The notes: generated by a model from the sequence alone, not told the origin. Shown: positions 7,954 to 18,161, counted from the first letter of the stretch. The stretch: DNA of 64,000 nt from Candidatus Wolfebacteria bacterium (GCA_016188075.1 JACPIO010000017.1:23406-87405); one strand, 5' to 3'. A program made the numbers and translations.

Positions 7954-10460
7954 TGATTATGGAAAATCAAAAAAATCAGCGCGTCGAAAAACGCGAAATC
8001 ACGGAAGAATTGAAAGAATCCTATTTGAACTACGCGATGTCCGTTATCGTCTCGCGCGCTCTGCCGGACGTCCGGGACGGCTTAAAGCCGGTGCAGCGCC
8101 GAATTCTCTGGACAATGTGGGACGACGGCTTAACCCACAGCGCCAAATTTCGGAAATCAGCTAACGTAGTCGGGGCGGTTTTGGGCCGTTACCACCCGCA
8201 CGGCGATGCGGCAGTTTACGACGCTCTGGCCCGCATGGCCCAAGACTTTTCGCTGCGGTATCCTTTAGTTGACGGTCAGGGTAATTGGGGCAGCGTTGAC
8301 GGGGACAATCAGGCGGCCATGCGTTACACGGAGGCAAGACTTTCCAAGATTGCCGAGGAAACGCTTTTCGATATCGAAAAGGAAACTGTTGATTGGCAGC
8401 CGAATTATGACGCCACGCGCCAGGAACCAAAAGTTTTACCGGCCAAACTTCCCAGTCTTCTTTTAAACGGCACAATGGGCATTGCCGTGGGCATGGCCAC
8501 GAACATCCCTCCACATAACTTGGGAGAAGTCATTGATGCCGCCGACCACCTAATCGTGAATCCCAAAGCAACGACCGAGGATTTGATGAATCACATCCAA
8601 GGCCCGGATTTCCCGACCGGCGGGATTATTTACAATAAAAAAGCCATTGTCGAAGCTTATATTTCCGGCCGCGGCCCCATCACCTGCCGAGCCAAATCCG
8701 AAATCGAAGAGCGCAAAGCCGGACAATTCAATATCGTAGTTACGGAAATCCCCTATCAAATCAATAAATCCGAACTTTTAATCAAAATCGCCGAGCTCGT
8801 TAACGAGAAAAAAATTGAAGGCATCCGCGACCTTCGAGATGAAAGCGACAGAGACGGAATGAGGATTGTGATTGAACTCAAGACCGACGCGGTGCCGCAG
8901 AAAATTTTAAATCAGCTTTATAAACACACAGACCTCCAAAAAGATTTTCATTTGAATATGATTGCTTTGGTTCGGGGTATCGAACCCCAACTTTTATCCT
9001 TGAAAGAAATTTTGGCCGCCTACCTCGAACACCGAAGAGTGGTGGTGGAAAAACGAACCCGGTTCGAACTTCAGAAAGCCAAAGAAAGGGCTCATATTCT
9101 CGAAGGTTTGTCCCGTGCGCTTTCGGTCATTGATAAAATCATCGCCACCATCAAAAAATCAAAAGACCGGGACGAGGCGCGGGTCAATTTGGTAAAAAAT
9201 TTCAAACTGACGGAAATCCAGGCAACGGCGATTTTGGAGATGCGGCTTCAGACTTTAGCGGCTTTGGAACGCCAGAAAATCGAGGACGAACTCGAAGAAA
9301 AAAGAAAATTGATTATCGAGCTCGAAGCCATTCTCAAAAGCCCGGAGAAAATTCAAAAAATCATAAAAAACGAACTTCAGGAATTGAAAAAAAATTACGG
9401 CGACGAACGCCGAACCCAAGTGGTCGCAGGCGGCCTTCAAGAATTCAAACAGGAAGATTTAGTACCTCAAGAAGAAACCATTATTACTTTCTCGGAAGAC
9501 GGCTACGTGAAACGACTCCCGCCCTCAAGCTTTAAAACGCAGAAACGCGGCGGCAAGGGATTAATTGGTCAGGAAATGAACGAGGAAGACCTTTTGGCGC
9601 ATTTCATTTCCGCCGATACCCACGACAATATTTTATTTTTTACCACCCGGGGCCGGGCCTTTCAGACCAAAGTCTATGAAATACCGGTCGGCAGCCGCAC
9701 TGCCAAGGGAAAACTGATTCAGAATTTTTTGGAAATCCCCGCGGAGGAAACCGTGAGCGCCATTGTTACCTACGCGGCTCACAGACTACAGACTACCGAC
9801 TACAGTAAAAATCAGAAAGCCGTAGACCGTAGTCTGTCGACGCTAGACAATTACTTAGTAATGGCGACTAAAAATGGCTTGATAAAAAAGACTTCGCTCG
9901 CGGATTTTTCTAATGTTCGTCGGAGCGGCATTCTGGCTATGAAACTTCAAAACGACGACCAGCTTAAATGGGCAAAACTTTCTTCGGGCAAAGATGAAAT
10001 CATTTTGGCAACTGGCCGCGGACAAGCCATCAGATTCAAAGAAGCCGATCTCCGGGCCATGGGCAGGACTGCCTCCGGGGTCAAAGCCATAAGGCTAAAG
10101 AGTGGTGATTTTGTCGCTGGACTTGATATAATTAAGACAAGTTCCAAATTACCAATTACCAATTACAAATTACTTATTGTGACCGAAAATGGGTTTGCCA
10201 AACAGACTTCTTTGAAAGATTACAAAATTCAGAAACGCGGGGGCGGCGGCATAAAAACCGCTAAGGTTAATCAAAAAACCGGGCGCGTGATCGCGAGTCA
10301 AATTCTCGAAAATCAGGAAGACTTACTTGCGATCTCAACCAAAGGACAATTGATTCGAACGAAAATCGCGAGTATTCGCTTAGCGGGCCGCGCCACCTCC
10401 GGAGTGCGCATTATGAAATTAAAAGAAGGAGATAAAGTTGCCGGAATAGTATGTCTTTAA
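7953..10460 (+). CDS. gyrA: DNA gyrase subunit A
   Basis: [29 protein letters not shown], GyrA box QKRGGKG, C-terminal pinwheel repeats. Confidence 0.98.
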   Translation: MIMENQKNQRVEKREITEELKESYLNYAMSVIVSRALPDVRDGLKPVQRRILWTMWDDGLTHSAKFRKSANVVGAVLGRYHPHGDAAVYDALARMAQDFSLRYPLVDGQGNWGSVDGDNQAAMRYTEARLSKIAEETLFDIEKETVDWQPNYDATRQEPKVLPAKLPSLLLNGTMGIAVGMATNIPPHNLGEVIDAADHLIVNPKATTEDLMNHIQGPDFPTGGIIYNKKAIVEAYISGRGPITCRAKSEIEERKAGQFNIVVTEIPYQINKSELLIKIAELVNEKKIEGIRDLRDESDRDGMRIVIELKTDAVPQKILNQLYKHTDLQKDFHLNMIALVRGIEPQLLSLKEILAAYLEHRRVVVEKRTRFELQKAKERAHILEGLSRALSVIDKIIATIKKSKDRDEARVNLVKNFKLTEIQATAILEMRLQTLAALERQKIEDELEEKRKLIIELEAILKSPEKIQKIIKNELQELKKNYGDERRTQVVAGGLQEFKQEDLVPQEETIITFSEDGYVKRLPPSSFKTQKRGGKGLIGQEMNEEDLLAHFISADTHDNILFFTTRGRAFQTKVYEIPVGSRTAKGKLIQNFLEIPAEETVSAIVTYAAHRLQTTDYSKNQKAVDRSLSTLDNYLVMATKNGLIKKTSLADFSNVRRSGILAMKLQNDDQLKWAKLSSGKDEIILATGRGQAIRFKEADLRAMGRTASGVKAIRLKSGDFVAGLDIIKTSSKLPITNYKLLIVTENGFAKQTSLKDYKIQKRGGGGIKTAKVNQKTGRVIASQILENQEDLLAISTKGQLIRTKIASIRLAGRATSGVRIMKLKEGDKVAGIVCL

Positions 10461-11725
10461 CCCGCAATCAAACAATCATCATCGGCGCCGGCGTGGTCGT
10501 TGTTATCGTCATTGTTTTGATTTTAGTCGGCGTTCTGCCCGGGCTTCAGAGCCCGACCGATAAGCCGCCGGCAGTCACGCTTACTGTCTGGGGCATTGAC
10601 GACCAGCCGGCTTTTAACGCTTTGATTGATGGTTATAAAAAAATCCGGCCCAATGCTTCAGTCCTCTACGCCCAAATCCCGGAAGCAAGCTACGAAGAAA
10701 ATCTTGTGAATTCTTTGGCGGCCGGAACCGGCCCGGATGTTTTTATGATCCCAAACGGCCTGATCCGAAAACATGGCGGAAAAATGTTGGCGGCGCCGGC
10801 AAATCAGCTTTCCTTAGGAATGCTTCGCCAGCTTTTCCCTCAAGTTGTCGAGCAAAATTTAGTGGTTCAAAATCAAATTTACAGCCTGCCGCTTTATTTG
10901 GATACCCTGGCGCTTTTTTACAACAAAGACATTTTTGACGCCAAGACCATTTCCCTGCCGCCCCAAACCTGGAAAGATTTTCAAAACATTATTCCTAAAA
11001 TTCGGGAAAATAATGAATCAAATCAGATTGTGAAAGCCGCGGCCGCGATCGGCGGATCAAAAATCAGCATTAAATCCGCCTCGGATATCTTAAATCTTTT
11101 AATGATGCAATTTGGTAATCCCAAAGTAACCACCGAGGAATCTATAAATTTTGACGATCAAGGCCTTCAAGCTTTAAATTTTTATCTCCAATTTGCGAAT
11201 CCCGTAAGTCCGTCCTATACCTGGAACGATAACTTGGGAAATTCGATTGACAATTTCAGTCAGGGAAAAACCGCGATGATTTTCGCCTACAACGGAGACG
11301 CGCCTCTAATTAAAGCTAAAAGTCCGTTTTTGAATTTCGGCATCGCGGCAATGCCCCAATTCAATTTATCCCAACCCGTAAACCAGCCGAATTACTGGGG
11401 ACTCGCTGTTTCCCGCCAAACCAAAAAAGCGGTCTGGGCATGGGATTTTATTATAAATACAACTACGAACCAATTGATTATCGAGAATTACATTCAAATC
11501 AAAGACCAGTCGCCGGGCCTCCGCACTTTAATCCAAAATTATGTTAATGATCCGAATCTCGGTGTTTTCGTAAAACAAGCCCTAACAGCCCGGGCTTGGC
11601 CCGAACCGGATCATAATTTAGTCGGGCAATCGTTTTCCAACGGCATTGCTTCGGTTTTAACCGGCCAAGTTTCGCCAAAACAAGCGCTGGATAGAATTAC
11701 CAATGAAATCAATGCGCTACAATGA
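10451..11725 (+). CDS. Extracellular solute-binding protein, family 1
   Basis: N-terminal TM anchor, [30 protein letters not shown]. Confidence 0.85.
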   Translation: MSLTRNQTIIIGAGVVVVIVIVLILVGVLPGLQSPTDKPPAVTLTVWGIDDQPAFNALIDGYKKIRPNASVLYAQIPEASYEENLVNSLAAGTGPDVFMIPNGLIRKHGGKMLAAPANQLSLGMLRQLFPQVVEQNLVVQNQIYSLPLYLDTLALFYNKDIFDAKTISLPPQTWKDFQNIIPKIRENNESNQIVKAAAAIGGSKISIKSASDILNLLMMQFGNPKVTTEESINFDDQGLQALNFYLQFANPVSPSYTWNDNLGNSIDNFSQGKTAMIFAYNGDAPLIKAKSPFLNFGIAAMPQFNLSQPVNQPNYWGLAVSRQTKKAVWAWDFIINTTTNQLIIENYIQIKDQSPGLRTLIQNYVNDPNLGVFVKQALTARAWPEPDHNLVGQSFSNGIASVLTGQVSPKQALDRITNEINALQ

Positions 11726-12204
11726 AATATCAAAGATTAAAAATAAAAGATAAGATTTTTCCGTTTTTAATTTGTGTTTTTGCTTTTTGGTTTTTAATTT
11801 TTGATTTATTACCGGCGCATGCCGCCATCCTCCCTGCTCCGAGCGGTCCCGGCGGCCAATATAACTACTGCGACCTACTTCATTTAGGTCAAAACATTAT
11901 TAACTTTATCGTTTCCCTTATCTTCCCTATCGCCACGGTAATGGTTGTTGTCGGCGGAATTTTCATTATGACCGCCCGAGAAAAACCGGATCAAGCCAAG
12001 AAAGGCCGGGAAATCGCAACAGCTGCTGTGATCGGAATTCTTATTACCTTGCTCTCCTGGCTTATATTGGATACAATATTTAAAATAGTGGCTGGTAGGA
12101 GCCCGCAAGCAGGCGGCGGGCCAGCAGTAATTCAAGGGTTGGGCCGCCCATGGAACGAACTAAGATGTGGTAGCCTTCCTTATGGATCAAATCCGGGCTA
12201 CTAG
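11722..12204 (+). CDS. VirB2/TrbC-like pilin 1
   Basis: Signal region ending AHA, two TM helices flanking GGIFIMTAREKPDQAKKGREI. Confidence 0.75.
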   Translation: MKYQRLKIKDKIFPFLICVFAFWFLIFDLLPAHAAILPAPSGPGGQYNYCDLLHLGQNIINFIVSLIFPIATVMVVVGGIFIMTAREKPDQAKKGREIATAAVIGILITLLSWLILDTIFKIVAGRSPQAGGGPAVIQGLGRPWNELRCGSLPYGSNPGY

Positions 12205-12257
12205 AAATACGGATCAGGGACGTCGCAAGTCCTTAGGTTCAGAAATTGGCGAAGAAA

Positions 12258-12650
12258 ATGAACACCCAAAAATATCAAAAAATATCCATAAGTATCTATA
12301 AGTATCTTTTAATATCTGTAAGTATCTTTTTTTTGATTGCGAATGTTGTTTTGGCTCAAACCTATGACGCCGACCAAGCTGCCCGTGATCTCGCCAGAGG
12401 TTCACCAATTGACAGGCCGGAAAAAGTTTTTCTGGTTCTCAAAAAAATACTTCAGTGGACATACACCATTTTTTTTATAATGGCAGTCTATTTTCTTTTG
12501 CTGGCGGCCTTTACGTATTTGTCCGCCAGCGGTAATCCTGAAAAAATCAAAGCCGCTTCCAGCCAGCTTCTCTGGGGAATGGTCGCTATTGCCGTAGCCT
12601 TAATTTCTGTCGGGGCGGCAGCGATAATCAGGGGTTTTCTTACTCCTTAA
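12258..12650 (+). CDS. VirB2/TrbC-like pilin 2
   Basis: VLAQ cleavage-like site, AAFTYLSASGNPEKIKAA; ATG at 12258 preferred. Confidence 0.75.
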   Translation: MNTQKYQKISISIYKYLLISVSIFFLIANVVLAQTYDADQAARDLARGSPIDRPEKVFLVLKKILQWTYTIFFIMAVYFLLLAAFTYLSASGNPEKIKAASSQLLWGMVAIAVALISVGAAAIIRGFLTP

Positions 12651-12694
12651 ATAAACTTCAGAGATTAAAATCGCTTGATCCTTCCAAATTTATA

Positions 12695-13120
12695 ATGAAT
12701 TTCCAAAAAATTATAAAAAATTCTAAAAAAATCTTGACTTTTTTCATCCTATTTTCCAACTTCTTGTTTCTCGTTCCGCATCCATTAGCTTTAGCGGCCA
12801 TCACTCCGGGCCAAGTTCCGACCGCGGGAGATTTAGACGTTACCCCCTCGCCGGTAAACAGCCCCCAAGACTTGGAACGGGTTACCAAGAACGCTACTAG
12901 CGGTTTTTATGTAAGTTTTTTTATTCTAGCTGTTCTGTTTATTTTAATTGCTGCTTATAAATATCTTTTTGCAATGGGAGACGTTGAAAAACTAAAAAGC
13001 GCTCGCCTTATGCTTATTTATGCGGCAATCGCTATTGCCGTGGCCTTAATGGCTGTTAGTTTCGAGCTGATTATTAAAAATTTTTTAGCTCTTCCCAATG
13101 CCGGGATCCCCAACCAATAA
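12695..13120 (+). CDS. VirB2/TrbC-like pilin 3
   Basis: ALAA, AAYKYLFAMGDVEKLKSARLMLIYAAI. Confidence 0.75.
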   Translation: MNFQKIIKNSKKILTFFILFSNFLFLVPHPLALAAITPGQVPTAGDLDVTPSPVNSPQDLERVTKNATSGFYVSFFILAVLFILIAAYKYLFAMGDVEKLKSARLMLIYAAIAIAVALMAVSFELIIKNFLALPNAGIPNQ

Positions 13121-13220
13121 ATAGGAAGTGTTTTATAAATACCTTGAAATTTTCTTCTTAATACCTTAAAATTAAACTATATAAAAGTAAAAAGGTCGAA
13201 ATAAACTTTATCAATCTAAA

Positions 13221-13619
13221 ATGAAATTAACAAACAACAAAAAAATCTTCATAGTCGGCGGAATAACAATTTTAACCTTATTACTAGCAACATCCGCCTT
13301 GGCCCAAAATCCTGATCCTACAACACGGACCGGCATAAGTCGTATAGCGGGAGTCCCAACAAACCCAAACGAACTCCTTACTAGGGTAGGCGACTTCGTA
13401 AGATGGGCATATATTCTCTTTTTTATTCTAGCTGTTCTGTTTGTTCTGATTGCAGCCTATACCTACCTTACAGCTGCTGGCAACCAGGAAAAAATCGATA
13501 AGGCTAAAACTATGCTGATTTACTCTGCCGTTGCGGTTGCTGTGGCCTTAATGGCAATAGTATTTAACACTATTATAGGAGGATTCGTCGGTGGTGGCGG
13601 CGCCATCCCCAATCCATAA
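13221..13619 (+). CDS. VirB2/TrbC-like pilin 4
   Basis: ALAQ, AAYTYLTAAGNQEKIDKAKTMLIYSAV. Confidence 0.75.
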   Translation: MKLTNNKKIFIVGGITILTLLLATSALAQNPDPTTRTGISRIAGVPTNPNELLTRVGDFVRWAYILFFILAVLFVLIAAYTYLTAAGNQEKIDKAKTMLIYSAVAVAVALMAIVFNTIIGGFVGGGGAIPNP

Positions 13620-13776
13620 GTCATTAACTATCCCCCGCACTCTTGGTTATTTAATGGTTAGTGCGGGGCAGGGCCAAGAACGATATTTTTTATTGTTTTT
13701 CGCCCTGCCCGGTAGTAGACCCTGCCCAATTTTACGATTTAATCTTACGACTTACGATGTCGTAAATAATTAATAC

Positions 13777-14163
13777 TTGCTAATGTCTAAATTTTTTAGA
13801 AAAATTTTTTACGCAGCGGTGGTTTCCTTTTTACCGATCTTTTTTATAAGATTAAAGGTTTTCGCAACAGAGGTTGGTGGCACAAGCGGCCAAACCTATA
13901 CCCTTCAAGACCCTCTCGGCAACCAAAATATTCTTACCATCATAGGCCGGGTTATTGACTACCTAATTTACATTAGCGTTCCGCTCCTTGCCTTATTTAT
14001 TCTCTGGGGCGGTTTTCAGATTTTGGGCGCCAGAGGCGATGTGGAAAAAGTCAAAAACGGCCGGGCCACTATTCAATGGGCAGTCATCGGCTTTACGATT
14101 ATTTTAGTATCAAAAGGAGTAGCTCTTATTCTTTTAAGAATTTTGTACCCTTCTAGCCCCTAA
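13777..14163 (+). CDS. VirB2/TrbC-like pilin 5
   Basis: LQDPLG, GGFQILGARGDVEKVKNGRATIQWAVIG; the start may be the ATG at 13783. Confidence 0.75.
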   Translation: MLMSKFFRKIFYAAVVSFLPIFFIRLKVFATEVGGTSGQTYTLQDPLGNQNILTIIGRVIDYLIYISVPLLALFILWGGFQILGARGDVEKVKNGRATIQWAVIGFTIILVSKGVALILLRILYPSSP

Positions 14164-14263
14164 TTTCTCAAAAAAGAAACCCGTCAGCCAGACAAGAGTC
14201 TCGTAGCGCGTTGCTACGGACCAAAGCCCAGCTGACGGGCAAGACCTAAAACCCGAAAGAGCA

Positions 14264-14719
14264 TTACTTCTTATCGATTGAAACCTCCGCGGCATCACCA
14301 TCGCCGCGGAGCCTGAAGTTCGTAAACTTCACAGCCCCTAACCACTGAGTGGTGTCCGCGCCAAACTCAAGCGCCGGACTCCCGTCCCATGGCAGGAGCC
14401 AAAGACGACCCTGATTCCGTGCCCGGAAGTTAGTCTGGCCAGGGAGCTTCACCCATCCCGACCAGCAATCCAATCTTAACGGGACGCGAATCTGAGGCTG
14501 CAGAAAGCTCAAATGGTAATCTTGAGCATCCCCGCAGGTTGGATATTCCGCCGCCGCCGCTACCTTGGCCGCCGCAGCCGCCTTATTTCGTTCTGCTTCG
14601 GCAGCCTTACCTCTTCCTTCCCAATAGTCGTAACCCTTGACCGCCATAACCAAAAGGGGGCCGGCGATCACAAGCGCCCAGCTAACACCCTTGATCGAAG
14701 AAGTCATCCCGATATGCAT
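14264..14719 (-). CDS. Hypothetical membrane-anchored protein (atypical composition)
   Basis: AAGGAGG upstream, N-terminal TM, coupled to the upstream SPFH gene. Confidence 0.65.
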   Translation of the reverse strand: MHIGMTSSIKGVSWALVIAGPLLVMAVKGYDYWEGRGKAAEAERNKAAAAAKVAAAAEYPTCGDAQDYHLSFLQPQIRVPLRLDCWSGWVKLPGQTNFRARNQGRLWLLPWDGSPALEFGADTTQWLGAVKFTNFRLRGDGDAAEVSIDKK

Positions 14720-15811
14720 TTACGGCCTCCTTCCGAGAAGAGCAGTGAGCGCAGCACTCACCACCCCTCGACTCTCGGACGAAATGGTCACTTTTTTCTC
14801 ATCGATCGTCTTCTTTACCTTATCGCGCTCGGTCTGGACGATTTCGAGCGCTTGTTCCGGCGTAAAGTTAAGGGGGGCGGCCATGAGCTCTCGAATCCTC
14901 TCGCGCACATGTTCGAGCTCAATCCGTTCAGCCTCCCTCTGCCGCTCTTCTCGTCGAGCCTTCTCGTAATCCTCCTGTACTTCTGGAGGTCGAGAGAGCT
15001 CACCAACGAGCACTTCGATAACATCAATACCCCATTCGATGGCTCGTTGGTCAGCCCGGCGTTGGATACCGTCGAGTATGAGATCCCTTGCAGCCACCGC
15101 GTCGTCATCGTTTAAAGTCCTGACGGTGGAACGCAGATTCTGTTGGACGAGCTCGACCAAACTTCTGTCGATTACCTCCTCGCCAACAGAGAGTACCTGC
15201 CCGGGGTTTTCAACCCGCCAGCGGATTGCCGACGGCTCCACGGTGATCCGAACGTTATTCGACGAAATCACGGTGAATTTATCGGCCCGAGAACTCCTTT
15301 CGCGTGCATCTACCGCCTCGGCAGCCATAATGGGCCGAGGCAATATCCAACTCCACCCCTCGGAAAGTTCGTAACGGGCGCGAACCAACCCCACTTCTTC
15401 CGGAGTTCCGTCGGGCAACGGACGTATTGCGGTAAACCGTTGCAGCAGACGTCCTCCAAAAATAGTCGGCACACCCCGGTGAGCAATGGGAATCGAGATT
15501 AATCCGGCCACTCCGAAGTAGCCGAAAACGACGAAAGCTACCCCTATATTGTAAGGCCAAGAGATAAGGGTGTATGCGACACCCGTTAATACTCCGACGA
15601 GGAGAATTCCGAGAAGAAACGACCGAACTCGGCTGAGTCTTCGGGGTTCTTCGTCACCGCCCCAAGGCGAGATCGAAGGGGCACTAGGAGGAGTAGGCGG
15701 GGTAGTTATAGCCGTTGTCGGTCGGCGCCCACGGCGCCCAAGAAGGTACCCCAACAAGGCCACGAGAAGCCCTACTACACCGACACCTATCCATGTCCAC
15801 ATCGCATCCAT
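14720..15811 (-). CDS. SPFH/Band 7 domain membrane protein
   Basis: TM helices, IPIAHRGVPTIFG, EWGIDVIEVLVGELSRPPEV, coiled-coil AERIE tail. Confidence 0.8.
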   Translation of the reverse strand: MDAMWTWIGVGVVGLLVALLGYLLGRRGRRPTTAITTPPTPPSAPSISPWGGDEEPRRLSRVRSFLLGILLVGVLTGVAYTLISWPYNIGVAFVVFGYFGVAGLISIPIAHRGVPTIFGGRLLQRFTAIRPLPDGTPEEVGLVRARYELSEGWSWILPRPIMAAEAVDARERSSRADKFTVISSNNVRITVEPSAIRWRVENPGQVLSVGEEVIDRSLVELVQQNLRSTVRTLNDDDAVAARDLILDGIQRRADQRAIEWGIDVIEVLVGELSRPPEVQEDYEKARREERQREAERIELEHVRERIRELMAAPLNFTPEQALEIVQTERDKVKKTIDEKKVTISSESRGVVSAALTALLGRRP

Positions 15812-16028
15812 CGTCCTTCTCCTTCCGACCCGTGTCGCTCTGGACGACTGGGTCTCATGCGGGTTATTAGGTTATCTTGCTCTCGCGTCCACTAAAGTGA
15901 ACGCGCACTAAGTCAAAGTACAACATCCCGAGTGTCAACTCGGAACTGCCTTAATATAAGCACAAATCGCTAAAAAAGTCAACATCTTGTTTTATTTTAC
16001 TTATTCCCCTTTTTCCCGTTTCTTTAAT

Positions 16029-16156
16029 CCAAACGCCAGCAATTCCTCGCCGCTTGTATCGAGGATGAATGGCGCAACTAAGAATCTCGGCGGAGCCGAC
16101 CCTTATTGGATCGAACCCGCCCTGATGCCGCGCCGCTTGCGGCGCGGACGGGTTCA
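16029..16156 (+). mobile_element. Non-autonomous IS200/IS605-like element, copy 3
   Basis: Follows TTTAAT, ends GGGTTCA. Confidence 0.7.
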
Positions 16157-16201
16157 CTCCTCCGCCAATCTTACATTAACCTTGTATTCCCCCAACTCGC
16201 T

Positions 16202-16540
16202 GCTACGTTTAAACGTAGCAGTGAGAACGTAGCAACGAGGGAGGAACGCCGACAGACGAAAAACCCAGGGGAGCAAAAACCATTAAAACTCTTTTCCTTA
16301 GGAGCCGGCTTGATGATAAATCAAACAATTCTGTCCGCTACGTTTAAACGTAGCGGCGAGGCATACATCAAAAATACAGAGAATGACCGACCGAAAGAAA
16401 TCAATCAGTTCCTCCCGTTCGTTCTCCTGCTCGAAATTAATACTCCGTAGTTAACGTTTCGCAAAATTTTAGAGTTGCGCTCGCGTCATTATCTTTCACG
16501 ACATTATCTTTTAAAACTGCCTGCTACGTTTAAACGTAGC
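16202..16540. repeat. Three 18-bp palindromes GCTACGTTTAAACGTAGC downstream of TrpR-like gene 1
   Basis: Cores at 16202, 16337 and 16523 (the last extends to a perfect 30-bp palindrome, 16517-16546); half site at 16226-16234. Confidence 0.95.
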
Positions 16541-16654
16541 AGGCAGGATAACCATAAAACATCCTCGCCGCAAGCGGCGAGGTATTCGGCGATTAGCGCC
16601 ATAAACAAACTTTTGAAAAGATATTCCAATCTAAAAAGATATTCCGGGCGAAAA

Positions 16655-17050
16655 CTAAAGTTGATCAAGAAAATCCCAGCGACCCCTTCCCTTGTAGGCC
16701 GGAATTTTTCTTCTTTTGTACCGCGGTTCGCGGAATCTTAACGGAATATTTTTTAATTTCTTATCCGGGTTGATTTTTTCCCTCCTTTTTAATCCCCTTT
16801 TCACAAAACTAATGGTGTCGGGACTTACGTCAACAATTTCACCTATTTTCCGGTAAGTTAAACCGCGTTCCAAAAGCAAGAGAGTCGCCAATCTTCTTTC
16901 AAGAAGATTAATTTCGCTTCCCGAAAGAAATTTATTTAAACCGCAGAGCAAGTCTTTTTCGGAGGTTGCTCCCCTTATCTCCGTCAAGAACTTTTGCCAT
17001 GCCGCCCTCTTCAAAATCTCCCCTATGTATTTTTTATTAACATTGACCAT
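16655..17050 (-). CDS. TrpR/YerC-YecD-like HTH DNA-binding protein (paralog 1)
   Basis: FLSGSEINLLERRLATLLLLERGLTYRKIGEIVDVSPDTISFVK matches the Trp-repressor family pattern; basic C-terminal tail. Confidence 0.85.
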   Translation of the reverse strand: MVNVNKKYIGEILKRAAWQKFLTEIRGATSEKDLLCGLNKFLSGSEINLLERRLATLLLLERGLTYRKIGEIVDVSPDTISFVKRGLKRREKINPDKKLKNIPLRFREPRYKRRKIPAYKGRGRWDFLDQL

Positions 17051-17142
17051 CTTTTTATTCTTTTAACCATTACTCCGGCTCCATTCACCATTCTAACAGT
17101 CTTTTGCTAATCCTTAAATTATAAAACAAGTAATTATATATT

Positions 17143-17658
17143 GCTATGTTTAAACATAGCAGGTTAACTGAAAAAGAAGGGTAGAAGGGCTCCGGATTCT
17201 ATTATCTCTATATCAGCATGAGTGACGTCAGTATATCAATATAAACGATATCAGCAGAGATCATTTCGGCGCAGGACGATTCTCTTCGATCTGCTACGTT
17301 TAAACGTAGCAGACAGAGTAAGGATAATCGCAGCTTAGCCAAAAAAACCAGTCCAAATTGCAAAACTATTATTTTCTCTCCACTACGTTTAAACGTAGCG
17401 CGCAGGGTAGGAATAGACAGAAGATGGTCGAGTAACTGGCGCGAATAAACAGCGGCTCCGAATACACGACAGCCGAGAAAGCAAGAGGGGCAAATATTTT
17501 CAGAAAGCAATACTGCGAAAAATACCGCAATGCTACGTTTAAACATAGCAGCGAGACGTAAATCAACTACCTCGCGGTTAGCACTCGCAAAATTTTGAAT
17601 TTATGCTCGTAACGCTATCGTCTAACTTCTAAAATTGCACGCTACGTTTAAACGTAGC
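17143..17658. repeat. Five 18-bp palindromes GCTAYGTTTAAACRTAGC upstream of TrpR-like gene 1
   Basis: Cores at 17143 (symmetric double variant GCTATGTTTAAACATAGC), 17293, 17382 (1 mismatch), 17532 (1 mismatch) and 17641. Confidence 0.95.
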
Positions 17659-17779
17659 ACGTCGCTCTAGGGCGACGAAATTTCAAAAGTGAAAGTAGGA
17701 ATAAAAATGAAAATGAGAAAGAAACGAGGAAGAAAAGATAGAATTGACGACAGGCGACAATTAAATTAAATTAAATGGT

Positions 17780-17865
17780 GGGCGAGTGGCGGAACTGGAA
17801 TACGCGTACGCCTTAGAAGCGTATGGACTATGTCCTTGAGGGTTCGAATCCCTCCCCGCCCACCA
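17780..17865 (+). tRNA. tRNA-Leu(TAG)
   Basis: GGGCGAG start, loop CTTAGAA, variable arm, GGTTCGAATCC, encoded CCA. Confidence 0.95.
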
Positions 17866-17876
17866 CAGAATTATCA

Positions 17877-18161
17877 ATGTATTATGTTTACATTTTACAA
17901 AGCTTGAAAGATAATCGCACTTATGTTGGTTATACTCAAAATATCACCAACAGGTTGCATCAACACAATAATGGCGAGGTAAGGGCTACTGCAAACAGGC
18001 AACCATTCAAGTTGTTGTATCTAGAGGAGTGTCAAAACTTAATCGAAGCTAAAAGTAGGGAAAATTATTGGAAATCTGGTGGCGGCAGAAGAAAGCTTAA
18101 AAAATATTTTTTGGATGGGTTCCCGCCCCGATTATCATCGGGGCGAGGCTCGCCCAAATAG
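17877..18161 (+). CDS. Small GIY-YIG nuclease family protein
   Basis: MYYVYILQS..RTYVGYT.N...RL.QHN.G; start corrected from the ORF track, whose start overlapped the tRNA. Confidence 0.9.
   Translation: MYYVYILQSLKDNRTYVGYTQNITNRLHQHNNGEVRATANRQPFKLLYLEECQNLIEAKSRENYWKSGGGRRKLKKYFLDGFPPRLSSGRGSPK

Noticed and set aside
11722-14163. Diversity-generating retroelement acting on the pilins
   Set aside because: No reverse transcriptase and no long TR/VR pair with adenine-specific mismatches
16106-17566. ORF-track peptides with repeated ATFKRS/LRLNVA motifs
   Set aside because: These are translations of the palindrome in short, overlapping frames with no other coding signal
16200-17660. CRISPR array interpretation of the palindrome array
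   Set aside because: The repeat is only 18 bp and fully palindromic; spacers are about 70-170 bp, irregular and partly similar to each other; a gene sits in the middle; no cas genes are in the window
16200-17660. parS cluster for the nearby ParB
   Set aside because: It does not match the canonical 16-bp parS (TGTTTCACGTGAAACA), and a second TrpR-like gene has its own different array; not formally excluded without a binding assay
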